Positions 27,592 through 37,044 of a DNA stretch of 37,595 bases are shown here, piece after piece. The stretch's first letter is position 1. Each line of letters opens with the position of its first letter. This DNA comes from Enterobacteria phage mEp235: the sequence record NC_019708.1, one strand, 5' to 3'. The translations under genes were made by a program, and so were the position numbers. The notes beneath the pieces are model-generated. The model saw only the letters and a program-made list of their open reading frames with translations. It was not told the DNA's origin and did no database searches.

Positions 27592-27656
27592 GTTAAGACA
27601 TCTTAAATAAACTTGACTTAAGATTCCTTTGGTGGATAATTTAAGTGTTCTTTAAT
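27592..27656. promoter_or_regulatory. OR operators with PR/PRM promoters
   Basis: three 18-bp sites fitting ANTNAAGNNNNCTTNANT at 27592-27609, 27616-27633, 27639-27656; PR -35 TTGACT 27613-27618, -10 GATAAT 27635-27640. Confidence 0.7.
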
Positions 27657-27670
27657 TTCGGAGCGAGTCT

Positions 27671-27856
27671 ATGTACAAAAAAGATGTTATTGACCACTTC
27701 GGAACCCAGCGTGCTGTTGCTAAAGCACTAGGCATTAGCGATGCAGCAGTCTCTCAGTGGAAAGAAGTTATCCCAGAGAAAGACGCCTATCGATTGGAAA
27801 TCGTTACAGCTGGCGCCCTGAAGTATCAAGAAAGTGCTTACCGCCAAGCGGCATAA
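27671..27856 (+). CDS. cro: Cro
   Basis: 61 aa HTH protein immediately right of PR; resembles P22 Cro. Confidence 0.85.
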   Translation: MYKKDVIDHFGTQRAVAKALGISDAAVSQWKEVIPEKDAYRLEIVTAGALKYQESAYRQAA

Positions 27857-27862
27857 GCAAAT

Positions 27863-27903
27863 TGCTCTTTAACAGTTCTGGCCTTTCACCTCTAACCGGG
27901 TGA
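27863..27903 (+). promoter_or_regulatory. nutR (boxA plus boxB)
   Basis: boxA TGCTCTTTAACA 27863-27874 and boxB TCACCT-CUAACC-GGGTGA 27886-27903, same loop as nutL. Confidence 0.65.
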
Positions 27904-27971
27904 GCAAACATCAGCGGCAAATCCATTGGGTGTGCCGCTATAACTCAATATCAATATAGGAAAATTAACAA

Positions 27972-28268
27972 ATGGCACAAGCAAGCTACAGCAAGCCAAC
28001 ACAGCGAGAAATTGATCGCGCTGAAACTGATTTACTCATCAACCTGTCAACGCTTACCCAGCGCGGTCTGGCAAAGATGATTGGCTGTCATGAATCGAAG
28101 ATAAGCAGAACGGACTGGAGATTTATTGCTTCGGTCTTGTGTGCTTTCGGAATGGCATCAGACATCAGTCCGATTAGCAGGGCTTTTAAGTATGCGCTTG
28201 ATGAAATCACAAAGAAAAAATCCCCGGCCGCCACCGAGGATTTTAAGCAAATTGATATGCAATTCTGA
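27972..28268 (+). CDS. cII: CII-like transcriptional activator
   Basis: 98 aa; C-terminus [18 protein letters not shown] resembles lambda CII C-terminus. Confidence 0.65.
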   Translation: MAQASYSKPTQREIDRAETDLLINLSTLTQRGLAKMIGCHESKISRTDWRFIASVLCAFGMASDISPISRAFKYALDEITKKKSPAATEDFKQIDMQF

Positions 28269-28300
28269 GGGAATTACTGGATCAATCCACAGGAGTCATT

Positions 28301-28447
28301 ATGACAAAACAACTCAGTCCTTACCAGGACAAAATTCACAAACACATACTACGTGATCGCTTCCTGTCCAGCTTCAAGCAGCCTGGTCGATTCCGGGCTG
28401 AGTTGGAAAAAGTGAAGCTGATGCAGAAGGAGAAAGGTCATGAGTAA
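28301..28447 (+). CDS. hypothetical 48-aa protein
   Basis: SD aggag 5 nt before ATG; stop overlaps start of the O-like gene; below the ORF-track size cutoff. Confidence 0.35.
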   Translation: MTKQLSPYQDKIHKHILRDRFLSSFKQPGRFRAELEKVKLMQKEKGHE

Positions 28448-29339
28448 CATATCTAATCTAGCCGAAGCCAGAGAGGCCAGAAGGCTACAACAACCGCATC
28501 AAAGCAGCGGTAAGGGGTATGCCTTGCTGCACCGTAAAATTATGGATGTGCCGTTTTACAAGGACGCAGAAGCAGCGCATCTGTGGGTTCACTTAATCCT
28601 CAAAGCAAAGCATACGCCTGAGTATGTAATGACTGACGCAGGAGAAATTCTGGTAGGCAGAGGGAAGCTACTTGGCGGTAGAAACTCTCTGGCGTTTGAA
28701 ACAGGACTCAAACCAGATCGCGTTCAGTACCTGCTTAGAAAGTTCAAAAAACTCGGCATGATTGACTGGGTTTCACACGGTAAATTCTCAGTTTTCTCGG
28801 TAGAGAAATATGACGATTATCAGTCAAATTTTGTACCAGCAGATTACCAGCAAATTACCACCTCAAAGCCAGCAATACCAATGCCTGCAAGCAATACTGT
28901 ACCAGCAGATTACCAGCAAATTACCACAGATAAAGAATATAATAATATTATCTCTAATACTGACGTATTAGAGAGTACCGCAGCAGACAAAAAGTCTGAC
29001 AAGAAAAAACCTTCCGTTAGCTGTCAGGATGTTGTCGATGCTTACCACGAAATCCTTCCTGAAGCGCCAAGAATCCGCGCACTGAATGACAAGCGTAAAA
29101 ACCAGATCCGAACGTTCTGGCGCAAAGCCGGAGTGATAACCCGCCAGCTTGACGGGCATGGGTTCACGATGCAGGACTGGAGAAATTATTTGAGCTACGT
29201 AGGCGAAAATTGCCGATGGATGTTCGAAGAGCGCCCAAACCATCAACGCGGAACCGTCTGGCACAAAAAGGGATTTGATTTCCTGCTTAACGATAATACC
29301 TACCTGAAAGTTCGTGAGGGTGAACACGATGACCGATAA
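28440..29339 (+). CDS. replication initiator, O-like
   Basis: 299 aa; internal iteron repeats; followed by overlapping helicase gene. Confidence 0.75.
   Translation: MSNISNLAEAREARRLQQPHQSSGKGYALLHRKIMDVPFYKDAEAAHLWVHLILKAKHTPEYVMTDAGEILVGRGKLLGGRNSLAFETGLKPDRVQYLLRKFKKLGMIDWVSHGKFSVFSVEKYDDYQSNFVPADYQQITTSKPAIPMPASNTVPADYQQITTDKEYNNIISNTDVLESTAADKKSDKKKPSVSCQDVVDAYHEILPEAPRIRALNDKRKNQIRTFWRKAGVITRQLDGHGFTMQDWRNYLSYVGENCRWMFEERPNHQRGTVWHKKGFDFLLNDNTYLKVREGEHDDR
28833..28927. repeat. origin iterons inside the O-like gene
   Basis: two 29-bp direct repeats GTACCAGCAGATTACCAGCAAATTACCAC at 28833-28861 and 28899-28927, followed by an AT-rich tract. Confidence 0.65.
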
Positions 29340-30765
29340 TTTTTATGCGCCGCCCCATAGTATCGAGGCAGAGCAGGCGGTGATTGGTGGATTGCTTCTG
29401 GATGATGACAGCAGTGAGCGCGTCCAGAAAGTTCTGGCGATGCTGAAGCCTGATTCATTTTACAGCCGACCACACAAAATCCTTTTCGAAGAAATAACCA
29501 GAATGCACCGTGAGCAAAAGCCAGTAGATGGCCTGACGCTTTTCGATGAACTGGAGCGTAAATCGTTAACGGCGTCTGTTGGCGGTTTTGCTTATATCGC
29601 TGAGATCGCAAAGAACACGCCAAGCGCAGCAAACATCGTTGCTTATGCAATGCAGGTTCGTGAAACCGCAATGGAACGCTACGCCATCAACCGCATGACT
29701 GAAGCGACGGAATTGCTCTATTCCCGCAACGGAATGACTGCAACGCAGAAGTACGAAGCTATTCAGGCGATTTTCACGCAACTGACAGACCATGCAAAAA
29801 CCGGATCGCGTCGCGGCCTTCGCTCATTTGGTGAGGTCATGGAAGACTGGGTTAGCGACCTTGAGAAGCGATTTGACCCGTCAGGCGAACAACGAGGAAT
29901 GAGCACAGGGATCCCATCTCTGGACAGGATGCTGTCACCGAAAGGTCTGGTGAAAGGCTCTCTGTTCGTCATTGGCGCTCGCCCTAAGATGGGGAAAACG
30001 ACGCTATACAGCCAGATGGCAATCAACTGCGCAGTGCATGAGAAAAAGCCCGCTCTGATGTTCAGTCTTGAAATGCCAGGCGACCAGATACTGGAAAAGC
30101 TGGTAGGACAGAAGTCAGGTGTTAACCCGAATATTTTTTACCTTCCGGCGACAAATGACGCTGATGACGGCTATCAGGGTGATTACGATGGTGACTTCAA
30201 CAGGGCGATAGAAACAGCAAATCGCTTGAGTGAAATCGACATGCTTTACATCGACGACACGCCGGGATTATCTCTGGCTCAAATCGTCAGCGAAAGCCGT
30301 CGAATCAAGCGAGAAAAAGGATGTGTTGGCATGATTCTGGTCGATTACCTGACACTAATGACCGCTGAGAAGGCCGATCGCAACGACCTTGCTTACGGCA
30401 TGATCACCAAAGGACTGAAGAACCTTGCCAAAGAGCTTGATTGCGTTGTTGTGCTTCTGACGCAGCTTAACCGCGCACTGGAAAGCCGAACCAATAAACG
30501 CCCATTACCAAGTGACTCACGAGATACAGGGCAGATTGAACAGGATTGCGATTATTGGGTTGGGATCCATCGTGAAGGCGCTTTTGATGACAGTGTTCCA
30601 CCTGGTGAAACCGAACTAATCCTTCGTCTCAATCGTCATGGCAATACCGGCACGGTGTATTGCATTCAGGCAAATGGCGCTATTTATGACACAGACCAAC
30701 AGTCTGCTGAAATGCGCCGACGTGAACGCGAGGAACCGCAGTCCAAGAAGAAAGGAGGATTCTGA
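29329..30765 (+). CDS. DnaB-like replicative helicase
   Basis: N-terminal SIEAEQAVIGGLL motif, Walker A GARPKMGKT; start overlaps O stop. Confidence 0.9.
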   Translation: MTDNFYAPPHSIEAEQAVIGGLLLDDDSSERVQKVLAMLKPDSFYSRPHKILFEEITRMHREQKPVDGLTLFDELERKSLTASVGGFAYIAEIAKNTPSAANIVAYAMQVRETAMERYAINRMTEATELLYSRNGMTATQKYEAIQAIFTQLTDHAKTGSRRGLRSFGEVMEDWVSDLEKRFDPSGEQRGMSTGIPSLDRMLSPKGLVKGSLFVIGARPKMGKTTLYSQMAINCAVHEKKPALMFSLEMPGDQILEKLVGQKSGVNPNIFYLPATNDADDGYQGDYDGDFNRAIETANRLSEIDMLYIDDTPGLSLAQIVSESRRIKREKGCVGMILVDYLTLMTAEKADRNDLAYGMITKGLKNLAKELDCVVVLLTQLNRALESRTNKRPLPSDSRDTGQIEQDCDYWVGIHREGAFDDSVPPGETELILRLNRHGNTGTVYCIQANGAIYDTDQQSAEMRRREREEPQSKKKGGF

Positions 30766-30793
30766 TGAACATCTACGTCACTGAGCTAATAAC

Positions 30794-30825
30794 AGGCCTG
30801 CTGGTAATCGCAGGCCTTTTTATTT
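30794..30825 (+). terminator. intrinsic terminator after helicase gene
   Basis: AGGCCTGC-TGGTAATC-GCAGGCCT hairpin followed by TTTTTATTT. Confidence 0.65.
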
Positions 30826-30840
30826 GGGGGAGAGTAAATC

Positions 30841-31047
30841 GTGGTTGAGTTGATTTTCTCTGCATTGAGGCTTCTCGGTGCGTCGTGGATGGTGGTGACG
30901 TTCATTGTGGTGGCCAGCAGTTTTATCCGGTTGGTAGGTGAAGGTAAAGACATGGTGGGTGTGCTTTTCGGTAGCATTCTCATGTGGGTGATTATCGGTG
31001 TTGCGCCTGTCGCTGTAGCAAAAATGGCGTGGCGTTTTGTGAGTTGA
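30841..31047 (+). CDS. small two-helix membrane protein (GTG start)
   Basis: 68 aa, two hydrophobic segments; start codon uncertain. Confidence 0.35.
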   Translation: MVELIFSALRLLGASWMVVTFIVVASSFIRLVGEGKDMVGVLFGSILMWVIIGVAPVAVAKMAWRFVS

Positions 31048-31064
31048 ACTGAGGGTAAGTATCG

Positions 31065-31379
31065 ATGGACGAATCAAGAAAGCAGTTTGAGGAATACGTT
31101 GCCAAAAAATTGAGATTACCATTCGAGATGATAACCGAGGCAAGAAATGGTGATAGGTACTTCGCATTTTCAAGCATGGATATTCGTCACTCCTTAAATG
31201 AGTGGTGGACTTTATGGCAGGCATCGCGAGCAGATATTGAAATAACCGCGCCAAAGTTTATCGACAGCAGAGAAGCATTAGCCAAAGGGTTTACCGTTGA
31301 TTATTCCAATGGCTTCGGTGATGCAATGGATGCTTATGAGGAAAACATCCGCTCTGCTGGAGTCAAAGTGAAGGAGTAA
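31065..31379 (+). CDS. hypothetical protein (nin region)
   Basis: 104-aa ORF. Confidence 0.45.
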   Translation: MDESRKQFEEYVAKKLRLPFEMITEARNGDRYFAFSSMDIRHSLNEWWTLWQASRADIEITAPKFIDSREALAKGFTVDYSNGFGDAMDAYEENIRSAGVKVKE

Positions 31380-31381
31380 CG

Positions 31382-31792
31382 ATGAAGCAAACAATCTTCC
31401 TCCGAAGTAAGCAACAACAGCAAGCCGCAATCAACGCCATCCTCGAAACTCCTCTCGATAAAGACAAGCCAGTCACCATCCGCATTACTGACTACAAGCG
31501 CAACCTTGACCAGAACGCAAAATTTCACGCGATGCTGGCGGATATCGCTCGTCAGGTTCAATGGTGCGGCAAATGGTTAAAACCGGAACAATGGAAGGTT
31601 TTGTTGATCAGCGGTCATTCAGTGGCAACAAAGCAGGAAGCTGATGTTTTGCCCGGCCTTGAAGGCGAATACGTCAACATTAGGGAGAGCAGCGCACAGA
31701 TGAGCGTGAAGCGTATGGCAAGTCTGATCGAGTACACAACAGCATGGGCTATTGGTCAGGGTGTCAGATTTACCGACAGGAGGTACGAATGA
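31382..31792 (+). CDS. ninB: NinB-like recombination protein
   Basis: 136 aa; resembles lambda NinB (RSLDQN-like motif, similar length). Confidence 0.75.
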   Translation: MKQTIFLRSKQQQQAAINAILETPLDKDKPVTIRITDYKRNLDQNAKFHAMLADIARQVQWCGKWLKPEQWKVLLISGHSVATKQEADVLPGLEGEYVNIRESSAQMSVKRMASLIEYTTAWAIGQGVRFTDRRYE

Positions 31793-31971
31793 GACGACAG
31801 CGACGAAGTTTCACCGACATCATCTGCGAAAACTGCAAATACCTTCCAACGAAACGCTCCAGAAATAAACGCAAGCCAATCCCGAAAGAATCTGACGTAA
31901 AAACCTTCAACTACACGGCTCACCTGTGGGATATCCGGTGGCTTAGAGAACGTGCGAGGAAAACAAGGTGA
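31789..31971 (+). CDS. NinD-like small basic protein
   Basis: 60 aa, start overlaps ninB stop (ATGA). Confidence 0.45.
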   Translation: MRRQRRSFTDIICENCKYLPTKRSRNKRKPIPKESDVKTFNYTAHLWDIRWLRERARKTR

Positions 31972-32138
31972 TTGACCCAAATCGAAGTTACGAACAAGAA
32001 AGCGTCGAGCGGGCTTTAACGTGCGCTAACTGCGGTCAGAAGCTGCATGTGCTGGAAGTTCACGTGTGCTCCGATTGCTGCGCAGAACTGATGAGCGATC
32101 CGAATAGCTCAATGTACGAGGAAGAAGACGATGAGTGA
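31968..32138 (+). CDS. NinF-like Cys-rich small protein (GTG start)
   Basis: ~56 aa with [24 protein letters not shown] motif resembling lambda NinF. Confidence 0.55.
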   Translation: MIDPNRSYEQESVERALTCANCGQKLHVLEVHVCSDCCAELMSDPNSSMYEEEDDE

Positions 32139-32400
32139 TTTCTCTGAGCTTATTTCCTTCAAAAAAGACAGAGAAGAAATGCGGACTGAATCTGTCTATT
32201 ACGTTCAACACCGGAATAAACGCTCAGTGCTTGATCAGGAGTTGGTTATTACCGGAGACCTGGCATTCAGAACATATAAGGCCAGCATGGAAATGAAGGA
32301 TTTCCCTAAATGTGGTTCTGAAAGAGAAGCCGCGTTAAAGCTGGCTGAGTGGATGCAGAGAATGGCTGCTGCAATTGAGAATTACTGGAGTGAACCATAA
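32131..32400 (+). CDS. hypothetical protein (nin region)
   Basis: 89-aa ORF with overlapping start. Confidence 0.5.
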   Translation: MSDFSELISFKKDREEMRTESVYYVQHRNKRSVLDQELVITGDLAFRTYKASMEMKDFPKCGSEREAALKLAEWMQRMAAAIENYWSEP

Positions 32401-32690
32401 TGGCTAACCTACGCAAAGAAGCACGCGGCAGAGAATGCCAGGTACGTATTTACGGCGTATGCAATGGCAACCCTGAAACTACAGTTCTGGCACATTACCG
32501 GATGGCTGGAATTTGCGGAACGGGAATGAAGCCTGACGACCTGATCGGCGCATGGGCTTGTAGCGCGTGTCACGATGAAATCGACCGACGCACCCATAAT
32601 CTCGACAACAAAGACGCCAGACTTTACCACCTCGAAGGCGTGATCAGGACGCAGGCGATACTGCTGAAGGAGGGGAAGATTAAGCCATGA
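32400..32690 (+). CDS. hypothetical Cys-rich protein (nin region)
   Basis: 96 aa with several Cys/His pairs. Confidence 0.5.
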   Translation: MANLRKEARGRECQVRIYGVCNGNPETTVLAHYRMAGICGTGMKPDDLIGAWACSACHDEIDRRTHNLDNKDARLYHLEGVIRTQAILLKEGKIKP

Positions 32691-33049
32691 ACGAATATCA
32701 GTTTGTGCTTCCATATCCGCCGTCGCTGAATACTTACTGGCGAAGACGAGGAAGCCAATACTACATCAGCGATAAAGGCCAGAAATACCGAAAAGACGTT
32801 CAGCAAATCATTCGCCAACTCAAGTTAGACATTTTCACCAAATCACGACTCCGTATCAAAGTCATCGCAGACGTTCCAGACTCCCGCCGCCGCGACCTCG
32901 ACAACATCCTGAAAGGTTTACTCGACTCCCTTATCCACGCCGGATTTGCGGAAGACGACGAGCAATTCGATGACATTCGCGTAATTCGTGGTGTGAAAGT
33001 ACCAGGCGGAAGGCTTGGAATAAAAATCACCGAACTGGAGAACGCATGA
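32687..33049 (+). CDS. rusA: RusA Holliday junction resolvase
   Basis: 120 aa with RusA motifs (LPxPPS, DxDN, GGRL). Confidence 0.85.
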   Translation: MNEYQFVLPYPPSLNTYWRRRGSQYYISDKGQKYRKDVQQIIRQLKLDIFTKSRLRIKVIADVPDSRRRDLDNILKGLLDSLIHAGFAEDDEQFDDIRVIRGVKVPGGRLGIKITELENA

Positions 33050-33234
33050 ACGCCACAATTCAAACGATACCAGAGCTTCTTATCCAGACACGAGGCAATC
33101 AGACCGAAGTGGCAAGGATGCTTTCCTGCGCAAGAGGAACAGTGCTCAAGTACAACCGAGACAGTAAAGGCGAGCGTCACGTAATAGTTAACGGCGTCCT
33201 GATGGTCAAACAGGGAAAAAGGGGAAGGCCATGA
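33046..33234 (+). CDS. NinH-like small DNA-binding protein
   Basis: 62 aa; GNQTEVARxLxCxRGTVxKY resembles lambda NinH. Confidence 0.55.
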   Translation: MNATIQTIPELLIQTRGNQTEVARMLSCARGTVLKYNRDSKGERHVIVNGVLMVKQGKRGRP

Positions 33235-33854
33235 GACTCGAAAGCGTAGCTAAATTTCATTCGCCAAAAAGCCCGATGATGAGCGACTCACCACGGGCTA
33301 CGGCTTCCGACTCTCTTTCCGGTACTGATGTGATGGCTGCTATGGGGATGGCGCAATCACAAGCCGGATTCGGAATGGCTGCATTCTGCGGTAAGCATGA
33401 ACTCAGCCAGAACGACAAACAAAAGGCTATCAACTATCTGATGCAATTTGCACACAAGGTATCGGGGAAATACCGTGGTGTGGCAAAGCTTGAAGGAAAT
33501 ACTAAGGCAAAGGTACTGCAAGTGCTCGCAACATTCGCTTATGCGGATTATTGCCGTAGTGCCGCGACGCCGGGGGCAAGATGCAGAGATTGCCACGGTA
33601 CAGGCCGTGCGGTTGATATAGCCAAAACGGAGCAGTGGGGGAGAGTTGTTGAGAAAGAGTGCGGAAGATGCAAAGGTGTCGGCTATTCAAGAATGCCAGC
33701 AAGCGCCGCATATCGCGCTGTAACGATGCTAATCCCAAACCTTACTCAACCCACCTGGTCACGCACTGTTAAGCCGCTGTATGACGCTCTGGTGGTGCAA
33801 TGCCACAAAGAAGAGTCAATCGCAGACAACATTTTGAATGCGGTCACACGTTAG
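33231..33854 (+). CDS. Q: late antiterminator Q
   Basis: 207 aa, appears near-identical to lambda Q as recalled. Confidence 0.9.
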   Translation: MRLESVAKFHSPKSPMMSDSPRATASDSLSGTDVMAAMGMAQSQAGFGMAAFCGKHELSQNDKQKAINYLMQFAHKVSGKYRGVAKLEGNTKAKVLQVLATFAYADYCRSAATPGARCRDCHGTGRAVDIAKTEQWGRVVEKECGRCKGVGYSRMPASAAYRAVTMLIPNLTQPTWSRTVKPLYDALVVQCHKEESIADNILNAVTR

Positions 33855-33896
33855 CAGCATGATTTCCACGGATGGCAACATATTAACGGCATGATA

Positions 33897-33990
33897 TTGA
33901 CTTTTTGAATAAAGTTGGGTAAATTTGACTCAACGATGGATAAATGCACTCGTTAAATAAAGCCCTGAGTTAATAGCTCGGGGCTTTTTG
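33897..33990 (+). promoter_or_regulatory. late promoter pR' with qut region and tR' terminator (6S RNA unit)
   Basis: -35 TTGACT 33897-33902, -10 TAAATT 33920-33925, hairpin 33961-33985 followed by TTTTT, as in lambda. Confidence 0.7.
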
Positions 33991-34216
33991 CGTTTTAATC
34001 ACGACCTTTCTGAAAGCACATCAAACCAAATACCAGACAGACAAAAATAATCACCTTATCCGCTGTGGCTACGGTGCGGTGTGCTTTGCATAAAAGAAAA
34101 CCAGCACAATGGCTGGCTTCGTGAAAGCGGGTGGCAAGAGGTTGCGCTAACAACCTCCTGCCGTTTTGCCCTTATTCCTAATTAAATAGAGCAAATCCCC
34201 TTATTGGGGCTAAGAC

Positions 34217-34540
34217 ATGAAGATGCCAGAAAAACATGACCTGTTAGCCGCCATTCTCGCGGCAAAGGAACAAGGCATCGGGGCAATCCTTGCGTTTGCA
34301 ATGGCGTACCTTCGCGGCAGATATAATGGCGGTGCGTTTACAAAAACAGTAATCGACGCAACGATGTGCGCCATTATCGCCTGGTTCATTCGTGACCTTC
34401 TCGACTTCGCCGGACTAAGTAGCAACCTCGCTTATATAACGAGCGTGTTCATCGGCTACATCGGTACTGACTCGATTGGTTCGCTTATCAAACGCTTCGC
34501 TGCTAAAAAAGCCGGAATAGAAGATGGTGGAAATCAATAA
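34217..34540 (+). CDS. S: holin S (dual-start)
   Basis: 107 aa starting MKMPEK, three TM segments. Confidence 0.9.
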   Translation: MKMPEKHDLLAAILAAKEQGIGAILAFAMAYLRGRYNGGAFTKTVIDATMCAIIAWFIRDLLDFAGLSSNLAYITSVFIGYIGTDSIGSLIKRFAAKKAGIEDGGNQ

Positions 34541-35000
34541 TCAACGTAAGGCGTTCCTCGATATGCTGGCATGGTCAGAGGGAACTGATAACGGACGTCA
34601 GAAAACCAGAAATCATGGTTATGACGTCATTGTAGGCGGAGAGCTATTCACTGATTACTCCGATCACCCTCGCAAACTTGTCACGCTAAACCCCAAACTC
34701 AAATCAACAGCAGCCGGACGTTACCAGCTTCTTTCCCGTTGGTGGGACGCCTACCGTAAGCAGCTTGGCCTGAAAGACTTCTCTCCTAAAAGCCAGGATG
34801 CTGTTGCATTGCAGCAGATTAAGGAGCGTGGCGCTTTGCCGATGATTGATCGCGGTGATATCCGTCAGGCAATCGACCGTTGCAGCAATATCTGGGCTTC
34901 ACTGCCTGGCGCTGGTTATGGTCAGTTCGAGCATAAGGCTGACAGCCTGATTGCAAAATTCAAAGAAGCAGGCGGAACGGTCAGAGAGATTGAGGTATGA
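34524..35000 (+). CDS. R: endolysin R (lytic transglycosylase)
   Basis: 158 aa starting [24 protein letters not shown]. Confidence 0.9.
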   Translation: MVEINNQRKAFLDMLAWSEGTDNGRQKTRNHGYDVIVGGELFTDYSDHPRKLVTLNPKLKSTAAGRYQLLSRWWDAYRKQLGLKDFSPKSQDAVALQQIKERGALPMIDRGDIRQAIDRCSNIWASLPGAGYGQFEHKADSLIAKFKEAGGTVREIEV

Positions 35001-35455
35001 GCAGAGTCACCGCGATTATCTCCGCTCTGGTTATCTGCATCATCGTCTGTCTGTCATGGGCTGTTAATCATTACCGTGATAACGCCATCGCCTACAAAGA
35101 ACAGCGAGATAAAAAAGTCAGTGAGCTGAAGCAGGCGACCGCCACCATCGCTGACATGCGGAAGCGTCAACGTGATGTAGCAGAACTCGACGCAAGATAC
35201 ACAAAGGAGCTTGCTGATGCTAACGCGACTATCGAAAGTCTCCGTGCTGATGTTTCTGCTGGTCGTAAGCGCCTGCAAGTCGCCGCCACCTGTGCAAAGT
35301 CAACGACCGGAGCCAGCAGCATGGGCGATGGAGAAAGCCCAGGACTTACAGCAGATGCTGAACTCAATTATTACCGTCTCCGAAGTGGAATCGACAGGAT
35401 AACCGCGCAGGTTAACTACCTGCAGGAATACATCAGGACGCAATGCCTGAAATAA
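34997..35455 (+). CDS. Rz: spanin inner-membrane subunit Rz
   Basis: 152 aa, N-terminal TM helix then coiled coil. Confidence 0.85.
   Translation: MSRVTAIISALVICIIVCLSWAVNHYRDNAIAYKEQRDKKVSELKQATATIADMRKRQRDVAELDARYTKELADANATIESLRADVSAGRKRLQVAATCAKSTTGASSMGDGESPGLTADAELNYYRLRSGIDRITAQVNYLQEYIRTQCLK
35211..35402 (+). CDS. Rz1: spanin outer-membrane lipoprotein Rz1 (embedded in Rz, +1 frame)
   Basis: lipobox VVSAC and Pro-rich mature region; exact start codon (35211 or 35217) uncertain. Confidence 0.65.
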   Translation: MLMLTRLSKVSVLMFLLVVSACKSPPPVQSQRPEPAAWAMEKAQDLQQMLNSIITVSEVESTG

Positions 35456-35486
35456 TTTTTTTGCAAATCACAAAGTCAATTTAATG

Positions 35487-35511
35487 AGCCTCGCGATGCG
35501 GGGCTTTTTTA
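35487..35511 (+). terminator. intrinsic terminator after lysis cassette
   Basis: AGCCTCGC-GAT-GCGGGGCT hairpin followed by six T. Confidence 0.6.
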
Positions 35512-35660
35512 TGTCCGCAGTAAACGCGCATTCTCGTGCGCATATCAACCAAGAGCTTTTCGGGATATGAGACAGAGACAGGACGGTGGCTTACATCGTG
35601 CCGCTCTTGGGCTGTCCATGTCTGCGAGAACTGGCTCATATCACCAAAAAGGTAAATACG

Positions 35661-36389
35661 ATGTCCAATATCATCCCGATTGATTTCGAAGGCCATCCCA
35701 TGCGTTTTTCTGACGATGGCTGGTTTGACGCGACTGCGGCAGCTGACAAGTTCAACAAGGAGCCGGCTCAGTGGCTTAGGCTTCCTGAGACTGTCCGTTA
35801 CATCGAGGCGTTAAAGAGTAGATATGGGAATATCACATATGTAAAAACCAGCCGCGCTCGCAAAGACCGTGGCGGCGGAACATGGCTTCACCCAAAACTG
35901 GCGGTCAGATTTGCTCGATGGCTTTCTGTAGATTTTGAGATCTGGTGTGATGAGCAAATTGACGCAATCATTCAGGGTTCCGTTCATCATATCGACGATG
36001 AAAGAATAAAGGCTATTTTCCTTCTGGATAAATCTCAGCCATGGGAAAAGAGGTTTAGCGATCCGTTTTATTCTGCGATGTTCAAAATGTCAGGGCTGCC
36101 CCGTCATCGACCAGGTCGTCGCCCCGCACTATTTGGGATGATCAGTGCCAAGTGGGTATATGGCCAGGTATTACCACCAGAAGTATATGCAGAGGTTAAA
36201 AGACGGCTGGCTGCGGGAGACAAAATCCATCAGCACCTTAAACCTGACGCGCTGACATTGGTTGAGCGACAGATCATTGCCGTTACCAGCATTGCCAATG
36301 GGTGCTCTGATTATCGTGATTTCGAAGCGCGTTGCATGTCGGCATTCCCGGTGAAAGGGCAGATGAAATTGCTCTATGCGGCGGCCTGA
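35661..36389 (+). CDS. KilA-N domain protein
   Basis: 242 aa from ATG 35661; N-terminal motif GTWLHPKLAVRFARWLS typical of KilA-N. Confidence 0.55.
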   Translation: MSNIIPIDFEGHPMRFSDDGWFDATAAADKFNKEPAQWLRLPETVRYIEALKSRYGNITYVKTSRARKDRGGGTWLHPKLAVRFARWLSVDFEIWCDEQIDAIIQGSVHHIDDERIKAIFLLDKSQPWEKRFSDPFYSAMFKMSGLPRHRPGRRPALFGMISAKWVYGQVLPPEVYAEVKRRLAAGDKIHQHLKPDALTLVERQIIAVTSIANGCSDYRDFEARCMSAFPVKGQMKLLYAAA

Positions 36390-36391
36390 TC

Positions 36392-36649
36392 ATGAGCACC
36401 CGAATAATAGAATGCGCCTCCAGAGCGGGGCGCGACTTCTCAGAGTTCATGAAAGGCGAGAAGGGCATGATGGAAGCATTGGCCTCGGTGGATGAGTTTG
36501 GCGAGCAACTCCGTATTAACGGTTGCGTCAACCATCACTTTGTCAGCTACATGATGCGGAACTCGATCATGCAGGCATTCATGGACATGGCAAAAGCCGA
36601 GAGGAAAGAAGAGCGCCGGCGTAAGCGAGCGGAAGCAAAAGCGAAGTAA
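36392..36649 (+). CDS. hypothetical protein with basic C-terminal tail
   Basis: 85 aa, start 2 nt after KilA-N gene stop. Confidence 0.45.
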   Translation: MSTRIIECASRAGRDFSEFMKGEKGMMEALASVDEFGEQLRINGCVNHHFVSYMMRNSIMQAFMDMAKAERKEERRRKRAEAKAK

Positions 36650-37044
36650 CCATTACAAAGCTCATCTGCGGGTGGGCTTGATAATGAAACCGGAGTTAAT
36701 TTCTGGTCACTAATTAACGGCAGCACCGCGAAACAACCCAAGCCAGAAAGTGGGGAAATAACACTGGCAGCCACTGAAAGATAAACCTCCTGCCTTATGG
36801 CAAAAAAGATTCTTTGTGGTGGCGGACTGATGGAAAGACATCGGTTATTGCAGAGGCCATTCAATGAGTGGTCTCGACAATGGCTTATACCCTACACGGG
36901 ATAACTTAACTGATATCCCTTTTAACGGATAAACGGAGCCAACAATGGCAGAGATTATTCTCATGACTGAAGAACAGAAATTCCAGTTAGAGATTTATAA
37001 ACTGGTCATGAACCAGAACGCCGTCTGGCGTGGAGGTTAGCCTG

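Noticed and set aside
30765-30848. 27-aa ORF starting at the helicase stop codon
   Set aside because: It is entirely occupied by the intrinsic terminator hairpin and U-tract at 30794-30825 and has no SD.
35586-35660. Upstream extension of the KilA-N ORF (start at 35586)
   Set aside because: No SD for the upstream start; ATG 35661 is preceded by a purine-rich SD-like stretch.
36547-36864. 105-aa minus-strand ORF in the region between the 85-aa gene and HNH
   Set aside because: No SD, Ser/Pro/Leu-rich low-complexity product, and it overlaps the 3' end of a plus-strand gene.
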